Of a stretch of DNA of 64,000 nt, positions 1 through 9,073 are shown piece by piece. How positions within the stretch are numbered: position 1 is the first letter of the stretch; the number at the start of each line of letters is the position of its first letter. Source of the DNA: Sedimentisphaerales bacterium (GTDB lineage Bacteria; Planctomycetota; Phycisphaerae; Sedimentisphaerales; SM23-30); assembly GCA_963663965.2 (NCBI GenBank), contig CAXXFK010000033.1:253181-317180 (forward strand), written 5' to 3'. Position numbers and translations under genes: made by a program. The notes under the pieces were generated by a model. That model worked only from the letters and a program-made list of their open reading frames with translations, was not told the origin of the DNA and ran no database searches.

Positions 1-202
1 TCATATCACAGGCAAAAATACCTTTTTTGGCTTTCCCACCCAAAAAATGGAACAAGAGCCAATCCGGTTATACCCATCGGGTAAGGAAATGTCCGATCGT
101 TCGCAAGCTAAGATTTTGCTCGTAAAAGAGTTATTTCACGGCCCAGGTATATTATCCATCGTTAAGGGTATAAATGATGCGAATCGGCTGGCTATGGCCT
201 GT

Positions 203-739
203 TTATACGGTATTCTCATCCGGGGAATCAGTATCCGGCAATGATGCTGTTTCGTCGCCGGCGTTTGCATTCTGGCCGCCGGCTTTGCTGATGATTTCAT
301 CCAGCAGCAGGCCGAGTTTGTCGTAGTGTTTATCGGAAAATTTCAAAGCTCTTTCCGAACCGTTTTCCTGAAAGAACAGGATGAAATACCCTTTTTCCTG
401 GAAATTCCGTTTGTCCAGTTTGGTAATGGCTGAATAGGGAATAGCTGTTTTGCCATCGATTTGGAGCCCATTGTCATCGGCCACTATTTTTCTTTTTTTT
501 AATAATGCCATGCTGACAAAACAGTAAATGGCGAACGCGCCGGTTAAGAATGGGGTGGCCCGGTTGATTTTCAGATCAAGCGTGGGCTGACCTTCGCCTT
601 TTTCCATTTCTTTTTTATAATAATTGCTGTTGGGGTTGTAGCCGTCATTGATGAACCAGACCGAGACCCCAAGCAGAATAAAACCAAAAATGAGGAAGTT
701 TTTAATTGAATAATTGCTGGATGGAATTTCAAGCGCCAT
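203..739 (-). CDS. Hypothetical membrane protein (2 TM helices plus soluble C-terminal domain)
   Basis: 178-aa ORF with GAAAAGGA RBS upstream; hydrophobic stretches FLIFGFILLGVSVWFI and FLTGAFAIYCFVSMALL. Confidence 0.75.
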   Translation of the reverse strand: MALEIPSSNYSIKNFLIFGFILLGVSVWFINDGYNPNSNYYKKEMEKGEGQPTLDLKINRATPFLTGAFAIYCFVSMALLKKRKIVADDNGLQIDGKTAIPYSAITKLDKRNFQEKGYFILFFQENGSERALKFSDKHYDKLGLLLDEIISKAGGQNANAGDETASLPDTDSPDENTV

Positions 740-993
740 TATATCATCCTTTTCAGAATTCGATCATCAAGATATCTGTCAGTATATATAATCATCGACA
801 TAATACGAGTATTAAATAGAGGCTATTGTAATAAAAAAAGTATATTGTTACCTAAATTAATAAGAGTTTAATGTTATCCGGGCCTTTAAAACTGTTTATT
901 TTCCGCTAACTTTTCATTTCTGATCCAGGCAATAAATAAAATACGATTCATTTTATATTAATACGTTAATCCAGTGAATCTGGTCAACAGAAT

Positions 994-1022
994 TTGCCTT
1001 TTGTGGAAATATATGTTAGAAT
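994..1022 (+). promoter_or_regulatory. Sigma70-type promoter with extended -10
   Basis: TTGCCT (994-999), 17-nt spacer, TAGAAT (1017-1022) preceded by TGn. Confidence 0.6.
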
Positions 1023-1028
1023 ATTCAT

Positions 1029-1314
1029 GGTGAAGTTAAACCGTGTTCAGGATATATCCGGCACGCTAACTTATATAAGTCGGCTGTGAAGCACGTCTTC
1101 GCAGCCGGAAAATAAGCGCTTGAAAGGGCGATGAATATATCAAGACAATTCAAACAGGGCCTCGGGCCCATTTATCGAGGATGCGATCCGTCGCACCCCC
1201 TAATTAAAGCAGTTAGCAAACTGCTGGCGTTTCTTGCCTGAGCATCAGGTAAAAGAAAGCCAACCCCGAAACGAGCAGGTCATGGTGATCAAACGTCATG
1301 CCTGCTACTTTTTT
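1029..1314 (+). ncRNA. Candidate structured small RNA of unknown family (may include a 36-aa sORF at 1131-1241)
   Basis: Bounded by a promoter and an intrinsic terminator; about 8 consecutive hairpins in a GC-richer patch after an AT-rich spacer; no long credible ORF on this strand. Confidence 0.5.
1274..1314 (+). terminator. Intrinsic terminator
   Basis: AGCAGG-T-CATG / CATG-CCTGCT stem followed by ACTTTTTT. Confidence 0.65.
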
Positions 1315-1373
1315 GCGCGTACCAAACGACAAGGCACGACTCAGCGTGCCTTATCGTTATGGGGGAGGTATAT

Positions 1374-2813
1374 TTATTTATCGAAGGATAGAATCTTAAT
1401 GTTGCGATACCAGACCGGCGCGCCGTGATCCTGGAAGCACAGGTGTCCAATCCGGGGCAGGTCTTTGTAGGCGACATCGAATTTATTGGGGGTGCCATCG
1501 GGGTTTTTGTGGGCTTCTGTCCATTTATTGAGGTCCATATCGATGGTGGTCTGGCCGTTGAGCATCACCAGAACACGATTGTCGATAGCGGTGATGGTCA
1601 GGCGATTCCATTCGCCGGCGGGTTTGTTGGCATTGACTGAGGGCGCCAGGATGTCAAAGATACCGGCGCAACTGTGGATATTAACGGCTTTGCCATAGTC
1701 GTTCTGGATCTGGACTTCGATCCAGGGCAGCCAGTTTTTGGTATCACCGGTACGCAGGAACACACCGCTATTGGTGTTGTCGGCGACTTTGAAACTGCAA
1801 TCGAGCACGAAGTTGCCGTATTGTTCTTTGGTCCAGATATCGCCATCGCCATTGCGGGTGAGCAGGCCGTCGTTGAAAGACCAACTGCCTTCTTTAAGAA
1901 TAGCGTTACTGAGGTCATTTTTGAACAGAGATTTCCAGCCGCCGGGTTTGAGTTTGGCGCTGTAGCTGTCGAAGAACTCAACACATTTGCGGATTTCGGG
2001 CATGGAAGTCGTCCAGTTATATTCGTATTCGATCGAGAAGGTGCCGGTGAATTTCTGGCGATTGAGTTCATCGAGGATGCGCGGAACATTGCCCAGGCCC
2101 TGGCCCCAGATGGTATCGTGTTGTTGATCGGTATTGTTATAAAGCTCTTTAAGGTGAATTGTCTTGACGCGTCCCTGGAGTTTTTTGAGGCATTCGACGG
2201 GATCGAAACCGGAGCGAACCCAGTGGCCGGTATCACAACAGGCGCCCAGATATTGGCTGCGGCCTTTGAGTTGGTCCAGGACGATCTGTGGATCCCAGTA
2301 GCGAGTGGGTTTGGGATGGTTATGGATGGCGACGTTGATTTTGTATTCTTTGGCGAGTTTGTCGATGGTGTCGTAGGCTTCAAAGGCCGGTTCGGTGACG
2401 ATGGTCCGTATCCCCATGTCTTTGGCGAAGTCGAACACTTTGCGATCCTGTTCTTCGTTGCCGGATAGCCCGGTAACACCAAAATTGACCAGCGAGATGC
2501 CGGTTTGCTGAAGTTTCAGTTTGATTTTCTGACGCGTTTCATCGGACATGGAAGGTTCAAATTTGGCATCTGAGCCTTTTTCGATGGTCTGGCCGGGGTA
2601 AGCTTCGATCCAGGACAGGCCCAGGTCAGCGGTTTTATCAACGGCTTCCATAAAGGTATATTGGTTAAATGACCAGCATTGGATGGCCAGTTTCCAACCG
2701 GGAGCCGCATCAGTAGGGGGATGGACGGCATTGGGAACACCAGCCGCTGACAGGAAAGCGACGCAAGAGAGCAGGATGACTAATCCTGATAAAAGCCATT
2801 TTGAATTCAACAT
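1374..2813 (-). CDS. Secreted fusion of a sugar-phosphate isomerase/epimerase (xylose-isomerase-like TIM barrel) and a DUF1080 (3-keto-disaccharide hydrolase family) domain
   Basis: Signal peptide; TIM-barrel motifs AIHNH, DTGHW, HLKE, SIEYE; DUF1080 motifs NSGVFLR, EVQI, GEWN, QDHG..VWYRNIKI; ATG at 2813 follows GAAAGGA RBS. Confidence 0.85.
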   Translation of the reverse strand: MLNSKWLLSGLVILLSCVAFLSAAGVPNAVHPPTDAAPGWKLAIQCWSFNQYTFMEAVDKTADLGLSWIEAYPGQTIEKGSDAKFEPSMSDETRQKIKLKLQQTGISLVNFGVTGLSGNEEQDRKVFDFAKDMGIRTIVTEPAFEAYDTIDKLAKEYKINVAIHNHPKPTRYWDPQIVLDQLKGRSQYLGACCDTGHWVRSGFDPVECLKKLQGRVKTIHLKELYNNTDQQHDTIWGQGLGNVPRILDELNRQKFTGTFSIEYEYNWTTSMPEIRKCVEFFDSYSAKLKPGGWKSLFKNDLSNAILKEGSWSFNDGLLTRNGDGDIWTKEQYGNFVLDCSFKVADNTNSGVFLRTGDTKNWLPWIEVQIQNDYGKAVNIHSCAGIFDILAPSVNANKPAGEWNRLTITAIDNRVLVMLNGQTTIDMDLNKWTEAHKNPDGTPNKFDVAYKDLPRIGHLCFQDHGAPVWYRNIKILSFDK

Positions 2814-3366
2814 GTCAGATCCTTTCAATAAAATCGGGTTATCCATATGATGTCAGACTGTTAGAGTATTATATGGTATTGATACCAGGATCGACCAGCC
2901 CGATCGGACAGACGGATCGATAAGATCGATAGGGGTATTCATTTTTTAAATGTTAATATGAGTTGGCTTACCGGTTCGAAGTTAGATTATTGTAACTACT
3001 TTAAATAAAAGTATTTATGATATTTATTTCTAGCAAGCCAAGTCAGTTTTTTCCACTGGTGATCGAGATTCGGTCTGGTAATAATATAATGGGTAGTACA
3101 GGGATATTATTGCATCAATAAAGAGAAGTAATGCCTGGGGATTTTGATTGTAATCGGGTGTGTTAAGTTAAGCTGTGGGAAACAGTAAGCATCGGTTAGG
3201 ATATTTTAGTGGGATGGATGTAAGGGTTGTTTCTGAATACGGGCTGGTAATTTGACGCTTAATGGGCTGCCCAGCAATTGGCTTGTTATTGAATGATTAT
3301 AGAGTTTGTTTGTGACGTAAAATTATTCAAATTGGCTGATGTTTATGCGTTCAGCGTATAAAATAA

Positions 3367-4691
3367 GGCTCATCCGGTTAATGAGTAGTTTTGGTTATGG
3401 ATATGATGGATCCGGAGATAGAAGTATTCCTGATCGCGGTAGCCATGAGCCATTCGTTGCAGGAGGCCGATTTTACGGTTATTGACTTCGACTTTGCTGG
3501 TGCTGATGGGATGGTCATACCAATTGAGCAGGAAGGGTTTCCAGAGTTGCAGTTGTTTGGCGGCATCCAGCAGGATCCGAATCCCGCTGGTTTGCGCCTG
3601 GCTGATCCAGCGTTTAAGTTCCTGTTCAGCCAGCGGAGCCGTGATCGCATCAAAAAGGAGACGGAGCCGTTCTTTCATGTAATAGGCGGTGGCCAGCGGC
3701 TGGTTGAGTTGCAGAGCCTCCTGCAACCGGTGCCGTTCATCTTTGGCGCTATCGGCATGGGATTTAAGGTTCTCCGGCGCTTTGAGCAGCAGCCAGCGGC
3801 TGCCTTTAAGTACCGCTTTGCCCATGGTATCGGCCTCCCGGTACAAATCCCGGCGTAAACTGGTCAGTTTGTCGTTAAACCATTTGACCAGATGAAAATG
3901 GTCCAGCACCAGTTTGGCTTGCGGCAGTTCTTTCAGGACACTGGTCATAAAACCACTGGCCATATCGGTAGCCACCGCGGCAATCACCGCCCGGCTGCGT
4001 CGGACACGCCCCCAGAATCCCACCAGGGCCTCTTGGCCTTTGCCCTGGCCGATATGCAAGATTTGTCCGCTTTCCAGGTCGGTTACCAGCGAGATGTATT
4101 TGCTTTTCCTGCCCAGATACAATTCGTCAATCCCCAGATAACGAACCTTTTTCAGGGAAATCTTTCGGTACCGTCGACCTAGCCAGGACTTATGAATCGA
4201 TTTGATGGTATCCCAGCTTAAGCCGGTCCGTCGGGCCACCTCTTGCAGGGAAGCCGCCTGACATAAATCGATGACATACCGTTCCAACGCATGGGTGTAA
4301 TGCTTCTTGGGGTCGGCAAATGGCAGATGAGGCTGACGAATGGCCCCGCACGCCAGACATTTCAATCGGGGAATAGTGACAAGCAACTCCATTTGACGCA
4401 GACCGGCGGGTACCATGGCAAACCTCCGGGCCTTGTGACCGAAGTAAATGAAATTACGGGAGTTACAACAAGGGCAACGCAGACTATCCGCCGGCAAGAT
4501 GCCGTGAATCACGCTCTTGCCCGCAAAAATATTCTGTCTTTTGGTATTGAACACCTCGAACACCAAAAGTATGATACAACATACTTGTGGACATGACTTT
4601 AGCTCCTAATATGAGGTTTTATTTTTTTCCTCAAACAGTAAAGTCATGTCTCTCTTTTTGCAACATTAACTACTCATTTTTCGGAAGAACC
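3367..4691 (-). mobile_element. ISL3-family insertion sequence, 1325 bp, both ends intact
   Basis: Imperfect 24-bp terminal IRs GGCTCATCCGGTTAATGAGTAGTT / GGTTCTTCCGAAAAATGAGTAGTT; 8-bp direct repeat TAAAATAA at 3359-3366 and 4692-4699. Confidence 0.93.
3370..4594 (-). CDS. ISL3-family transposase with one apparent frameshift near the 5' end
   Basis: Zn-finger CPCC...CLAC, GIDE, ATDM, LDHFH, VEVNNRKI..GYR motifs; ATG at 4594 (MSTSMLYHTFGVRG) with AGGAG RBS joins the main frame only if one T is removed from the run at 4525-4529. Confidence 0.88.
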
Positions 4692-4905
4692 TAAAATAAT
4701 CCCTTCCGACCGCTGGCGATTAAATGTTTTGTGTGATATTCTGGCTGAATTAGGGCGGGTGTTTAGAATATTCATGAACATTATCATAACGAATGCCTTA
4801 ATGAAGAGATATCTTGCCAGTTTGAAATGAATCCGGTATTATGACAAGCAAATAGAGGATCGAATGATAGTTTATGAACGCTTAAACAGGAGATCTCAAT
4901 AAGAC

Positions 4906-6345
4906 ATGTCTACGAATAAGCTGTCTCGTCGTGGTTTTTTGCGGATGTCTGCCGGAATGCTGGCCGGTTCGGCCTGGATGACCGCAAATGCCCAGAATGC
5001 CAATCCTCTATCGGCCTCAAAACCCAATATTCTGATCATCATGGCGGATGATTGTACGCATACGGAACTGTCGGTCTATGGCGGTCAGAATGCCAGGACC
5101 CCAACCATTGACAAACTGGCCCGGGACGGCCTGGTTTTCAATCGTGCTTATCTCAGTTCGGCCATGTGTCAGCCGTGCCGCGCCGAACTCTATAGTGGGC
5201 AATATCCGGTGCGTAATGGTTGCAGCTATAATCATTCGGCGTCGCGTCCCGAAACGCAGAGCCTGCCGCATTATCTGACGCCGGCCGGTTATCGTGTCGG
5301 TATCGCCGGTAAAGTCCATGTACTGCCGCAGAAGGCCTTTCCTTTTGAGAATGTGCCGGGATTTGATGACAACTGTGTACGCAACCCTACCCTGCCGCAC
5401 GATCTGAACGGTATCCGGCAGTTTATGTCACGTGAGGATACACCTTTCTGCCTGGTAGTGGCGTTGGTGGAACCGCATGTGCCGTGGGTAATGGGGGATG
5501 CCTCGGCGTATCCGCCCCGGTCGTTGAAGATGGCGCCCAATATGGCGGATACCCCGCGAACCCGCAAGGATTATTCAGCGTATCTGGCCGAGATTACCTA
5601 CATGGATAACCAGGTGAATGATATCTTGCAGACCCTGGAAAAAACCGGCAAAGCGGACAACACACTGGTGTTGTTTACCTCGGAACAGGGCGCCCAGTTT
5701 CCGGGCTGTAAATGGACCAACTGGGACAGCGGCCTGCATACGGCCTTGATCGCGCGCTGGCCGGGGCACGTACCTGTTGGCAAACGAACCGATGCCATTG
5801 TTCAGTATACCGATGTGGCGCCGACGCTGATGGAACTGGCCGGGACCGATGTGAAAAAGCACGCGGATAAGCTGGATGGCAGCAGTTTCGCGGCAGTTTT
5901 GAGCGGCCGGAGTCAGGCCCATCGCACCTATGCGTATGGCGTGCATAACAATGTTCCGGAAGGGCCGCCTTATCCGATCCGCACGGTGACCAATGGGGAA
6001 TATCGTTATATCCGCAATCTATCACCCGAACGGATTTATATTGAACGGCATTTGATGGGACCCGAAAACCAGTACTGGCCGTCCTGGGTCGCCCAGGCTT
6101 CCGATCACGAGGATATCTACAAACTGGTCCAGCGGTATCTGACGCGTCCGGCCGAGCAGCTTTATCATACCAAAACCGATCCGTTTGAGTTGACTAATCT
6201 GGCTGACGATCCCAGGTACGCCGATATCAAAAAGCAATTGTCGGCCGAGTTGGATCGCTGGATGGCTCAACAGAAAGATCCGGGCGCCGCGATGGATACG
6301 CCTGAAGTACACCAGGCCGCTAAACAGGGGAAACATATTTATTAA
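4906..6345 (+). CDS. Tat-exported formylglycine-dependent sulfatase (heparan N-sulfatase-like)
   Basis: Twin-arginine signal SRRGFLR; PNILIIMADD; CxPxR motif CQPCR; GKVH; AGGAG RBS. Confidence 0.92.
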   Translation: MSTNKLSRRGFLRMSAGMLAGSAWMTANAQNANPLSASKPNILIIMADDCTHTELSVYGGQNARTPTIDKLARDGLVFNRAYLSSAMCQPCRAELYSGQYPVRNGCSYNHSASRPETQSLPHYLTPAGYRVGIAGKVHVLPQKAFPFENVPGFDDNCVRNPTLPHDLNGIRQFMSREDTPFCLVVALVEPHVPWVMGDASAYPPRSLKMAPNMADTPRTRKDYSAYLAEITYMDNQVNDILQTLEKTGKADNTLVLFTSEQGAQFPGCKWTNWDSGLHTALIARWPGHVPVGKRTDAIVQYTDVAPTLMELAGTDVKKHADKLDGSSFAAVLSGRSQAHRTYAYGVHNNVPEGPPYPIRTVTNGEYRYIRNLSPERIYIERHLMGPENQYWPSWVAQASDHEDIYKLVQRYLTRPAEQLYHTKTDPFELTNLADDPRYADIKKQLSAELDRWMAQQKDPGAAMDTPEVHQAAKQGKHIY

Positions 6346-6358
6346 TTGAGCCAATAAA

Positions 6359-6400
6359 CGCTGATGGGGTGATTCTCTAAAAGAAGATACCCCATCAGCG
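6359..6400. terminator. Hairpin terminator between convergent genes
   Basis: 12-bp perfect stem CGCTGATGGGGT / ACCCCATCAGCG, followed by a T-rich run on the minus strand. Confidence 0.65.
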
Positions 6401-6543
6401 ATTACCTGCTGCGTGATATTCTGATATTCTTTTTCTATTCAATCTCGATTGGCTTGGTTTCTGCATTCGAATCCGGCTTGGGATGGTAATCGGATGAAAG
6501 CTGTATGCGTATTGTCACACTGATCCAGATAACAGGAAGGTAA

Positions 6544-9045
6544 TTAAAGGGGGTGGGCATCCAGAACCAGAACTTCAAAGGGCGAGAGTGTGAACTGGTG
6601 GGGGCGGTTGGTTTGAATAGTGAATGGATCCTGATTCTGTTGGTTGCGTTGCGGGCTGGTTAATCGGTAGCGGAAGGGTTTATTGCCTGGGATTTCAAAG
6701 GCTTTGTTGAGGTCCAGTGAGATTGTCTGCTCATGATCGGATGGATTACGCAGAGCCATAATGCCTTTTGAGTCTGACCAGGAGGCGTAGCCGTAGATTT
6801 CGGCCCGGGCGGGATCGCCGCCGATCCAGTGGGTATCCACCAGGATATTCTGATTGTCCCGGGCCCACCGGGCTGCCCGGGCAATTGTATCCCAGTTTCT
6901 TTGAGTCAGCAGTTCCGGGGTGATATACAATTCCAGCAGATTGGCGCCACAGGCGAACATCATCCATATCTCATGGTCGATTAATAATGGATCGCGTTCC
7001 ATTTTGCCGGGATCGAAGCGGTCGCCTACCACTAAACCGTGCGGCATCAGGGAACTGAGTGGATATAATGGTCCGGCCTTGACGACGTGGCTGTGAACGA
7101 ACCTGTCGCGATACGTTATCCATTGTTCCCGCATGGGGCCGGTGCCGTGAAATCCGGTATCACCGCCTTGCCGCCAGATGTTGTCGGCGTGGAACAGGAA
7201 CCAGGGTGAGGCCCAGGTGCCGGTGGTGGCGCTGATATAAACAGCAGGATTTTCATGGCGCAGTTCCGCGATCAATCTTAACATGGCATCCACATCTTCG
7301 GCCAGTTTGTCTCCTGCCTGTAAACCGCTGAAGGTATTGCCGCCGCCGACACCGTCGAATTTGAAAAAGTTGACACCGTAATCCCGCATCATTTGCAGGC
7401 ATCGGTCGCGAAAACAGGCGTAATAGACCGGTCCGGCCAGAGAGAATCCGCTCTGGTTCATTTCATAGCCATGGTTTTTCCCATATTCCAGTCGAAGTTG
7501 TCTGGCCTGACCATACCCGCCAAAGGGTGACAGCCAGACTCCGGTATGACAGTGGTACTTAGCAGCCAGCTGGGCCATTCTGGTAAATCCCTGAGGGAAT
7601 CCTTCCTGGAAATCCCAGAGCGAGTTGAAATTATCCCAACCATCATCCCAGACAAAGCCATCCAGCACCACACCGCGTTTTTCGACCAGTTCGCGGCCGA
7701 CATACTCAATGGTATCCAGACATTCCTTTTCCACCATCCGGTTGGTTTCGGTCCGGCCAATATTCAGGTGATACCACGAATTGTAATGCAGATACTGATG
7801 ATAGGGCCGAGCCCGTTCACGTTCCAGGTAATAAAGAAAACCCCGGCGGAGCTGACCCTCTGGAACAACGCCCAGTACCGAAGATTGCTGCAGAAACTGA
7901 CCTGGAGCGAGAGTGGTATTCCGGTCCATAAAACAATTCAGACGCTTTGGTTCTTGCTGCCGGTCGGGATCTGGCGGCGCGAACGCCTCCAGTTCGACAA
8001 TATGTCCGCCCAAGGCGTTGCCTTCTGAGTTATGGGTGATCGTTACCCTGAGATATCGAGTCTGGACAGGAGAAAACGTATGAACATATCCCGCGGCAGT
8101 AGCCGGTGTTTGATTCCCGGTGGCATCGACAATTTCTGTCCATTTTTGCCGGTCGGGTGAGGCTTCGATACGGTAGCCGTAAAATCGTTTACCGTTATAA
8201 TAGGTGACCAGGCGAATGCGATCCAGAATTTGTGGTTGTTCCAGATCCACCATCAACCAGACAGGCAGGTTGGCACAACCCCAGTGGCTGTTGGGACCGG
8301 GTGACCGGCCATCCACGGCGTATTCAGCCGCCAATGATCCATAGACACCGCTGGGGGATACTGGCTTGCATAATGCCAGGTTGACAGGCTGGGTTGGATC
8401 CCAGACGGTATTATTGGCAATAGGGTGCTCATAAGCCACAAACATGTTACCTGAGACGATCGGTGATCCGCTGACGACTCCGACTACCTCAGCCTGAGGA
8501 GCAGGCAGTGAGAGAAAACGAATTGACGCAATAGTGATTGGGCTATGAGCCGCTTCGGCCCGTATCGACTGGCGGATAGCGTTGGAGTCATCTCGCAATT
8601 CAAGGTTCCAGTTCACCCGAACGGTTTTGTCTGGAGATAGCAGTTCCGCTGAAATCCGGTATCCGCCATACTGTCCGGCTAGTCGACCGGCGCTTGCATC
8701 AGGTGTCAGGGAGTCTATCTGACATCCTTTTTGCTCCTCAATAGACATTTCGGAACATAAAATGACCCGTTGGTCAGCCAGAGTGATCGTGAAAAATTCA
8801 CTTTGGGGATCCTGGTCGAAAGCTTCACCGTTAATCAGATTTTGAAATTGCCCAAAACGGATGTAGCCCCCCGCCTGAGTAAACCGCAATTTAAGCACCT
8901 GATTAGTTAAAACGATTTGATCGCCTTCTGTGTTGGCGATCGCCTTGCCAGGTTGAACTGAATCGGGAAAATCCAGGGCAAACAGGGCGGCTGGAAACCC
9001 AGCTATCAGGCATATTCCCATCAGTTTTTTGATTACATCGGCCAT
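6544..9045 (-). CDS. Secreted alpha-galactosidase-like glycoside hydrolase (GH27/GH36-related) with an inserted F5/8 type C (discoidin) domain
   Basis: Signal peptide; LHYNSWY, FVWDDGWD, GVWLSP, FFKFDG motifs; discoidin segment NLAL..AVDG..WLMVDLE..RYLRVTIT..IVELEAF. Confidence 0.75.
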   Translation of the reverse strand: MADVIKKLMGICLIAGFPAALFALDFPDSVQPGKAIANTEGDQIVLTNQVLKLRFTQAGGYIRFGQFQNLINGEAFDQDPQSEFFTITLADQRVILCSEMSIEEQKGCQIDSLTPDASAGRLAGQYGGYRISAELLSPDKTVRVNWNLELRDDSNAIRQSIRAEAAHSPITIASIRFLSLPAPQAEVVGVVSGSPIVSGNMFVAYEHPIANNTVWDPTQPVNLALCKPVSPSGVYGSLAAEYAVDGRSPGPNSHWGCANLPVWLMVDLEQPQILDRIRLVTYYNGKRFYGYRIEASPDRQKWTEIVDATGNQTPATAAGYVHTFSPVQTRYLRVTITHNSEGNALGGHIVELEAFAPPDPDRQQEPKRLNCFMDRNTTLAPGQFLQQSSVLGVVPEGQLRRGFLYYLERERARPYHQYLHYNSWYHLNIGRTETNRMVEKECLDTIEYVGRELVEKRGVVLDGFVWDDGWDNFNSLWDFQEGFPQGFTRMAQLAAKYHCHTGVWLSPFGGYGQARQLRLEYGKNHGYEMNQSGFSLAGPVYYACFRDRCLQMMRDYGVNFFKFDGVGGGNTFSGLQAGDKLAEDVDAMLRLIAELRHENPAVYISATTGTWASPWFLFHADNIWRQGGDTGFHGTGPMREQWITYRDRFVHSHVVKAGPLYPLSSLMPHGLVVGDRFDPGKMERDPLLIDHEIWMMFACGANLLELYITPELLTQRNWDTIARAARWARDNQNILVDTHWIGGDPARAEIYGYASWSDSKGIMALRNPSDHEQTISLDLNKAFEIPGNKPFRYRLTSPQRNQQNQDPFTIQTNRPHQFTLSPFEVLVLDAHPL

Positions 9046-9073
9046 GATTCACTCCATGATTTTAAATGAGCAA

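Noticed and set aside
1029..1314. tmRNA, 6S, SRP, RNase P or CsrB identity for the structured region
   Set aside because: No tRNA-like ends or T-arm, no obvious long 5'-3' rod, no SRP or RNase P signature strings, and only three GGA motifs. The LAFLA* ending only superficially resembles a tmRNA tag.
1234..1428. 64-aa plus-strand ORF
   Set aside because: TTG start without RBS; crosses the terminator and overlaps the convergent gene
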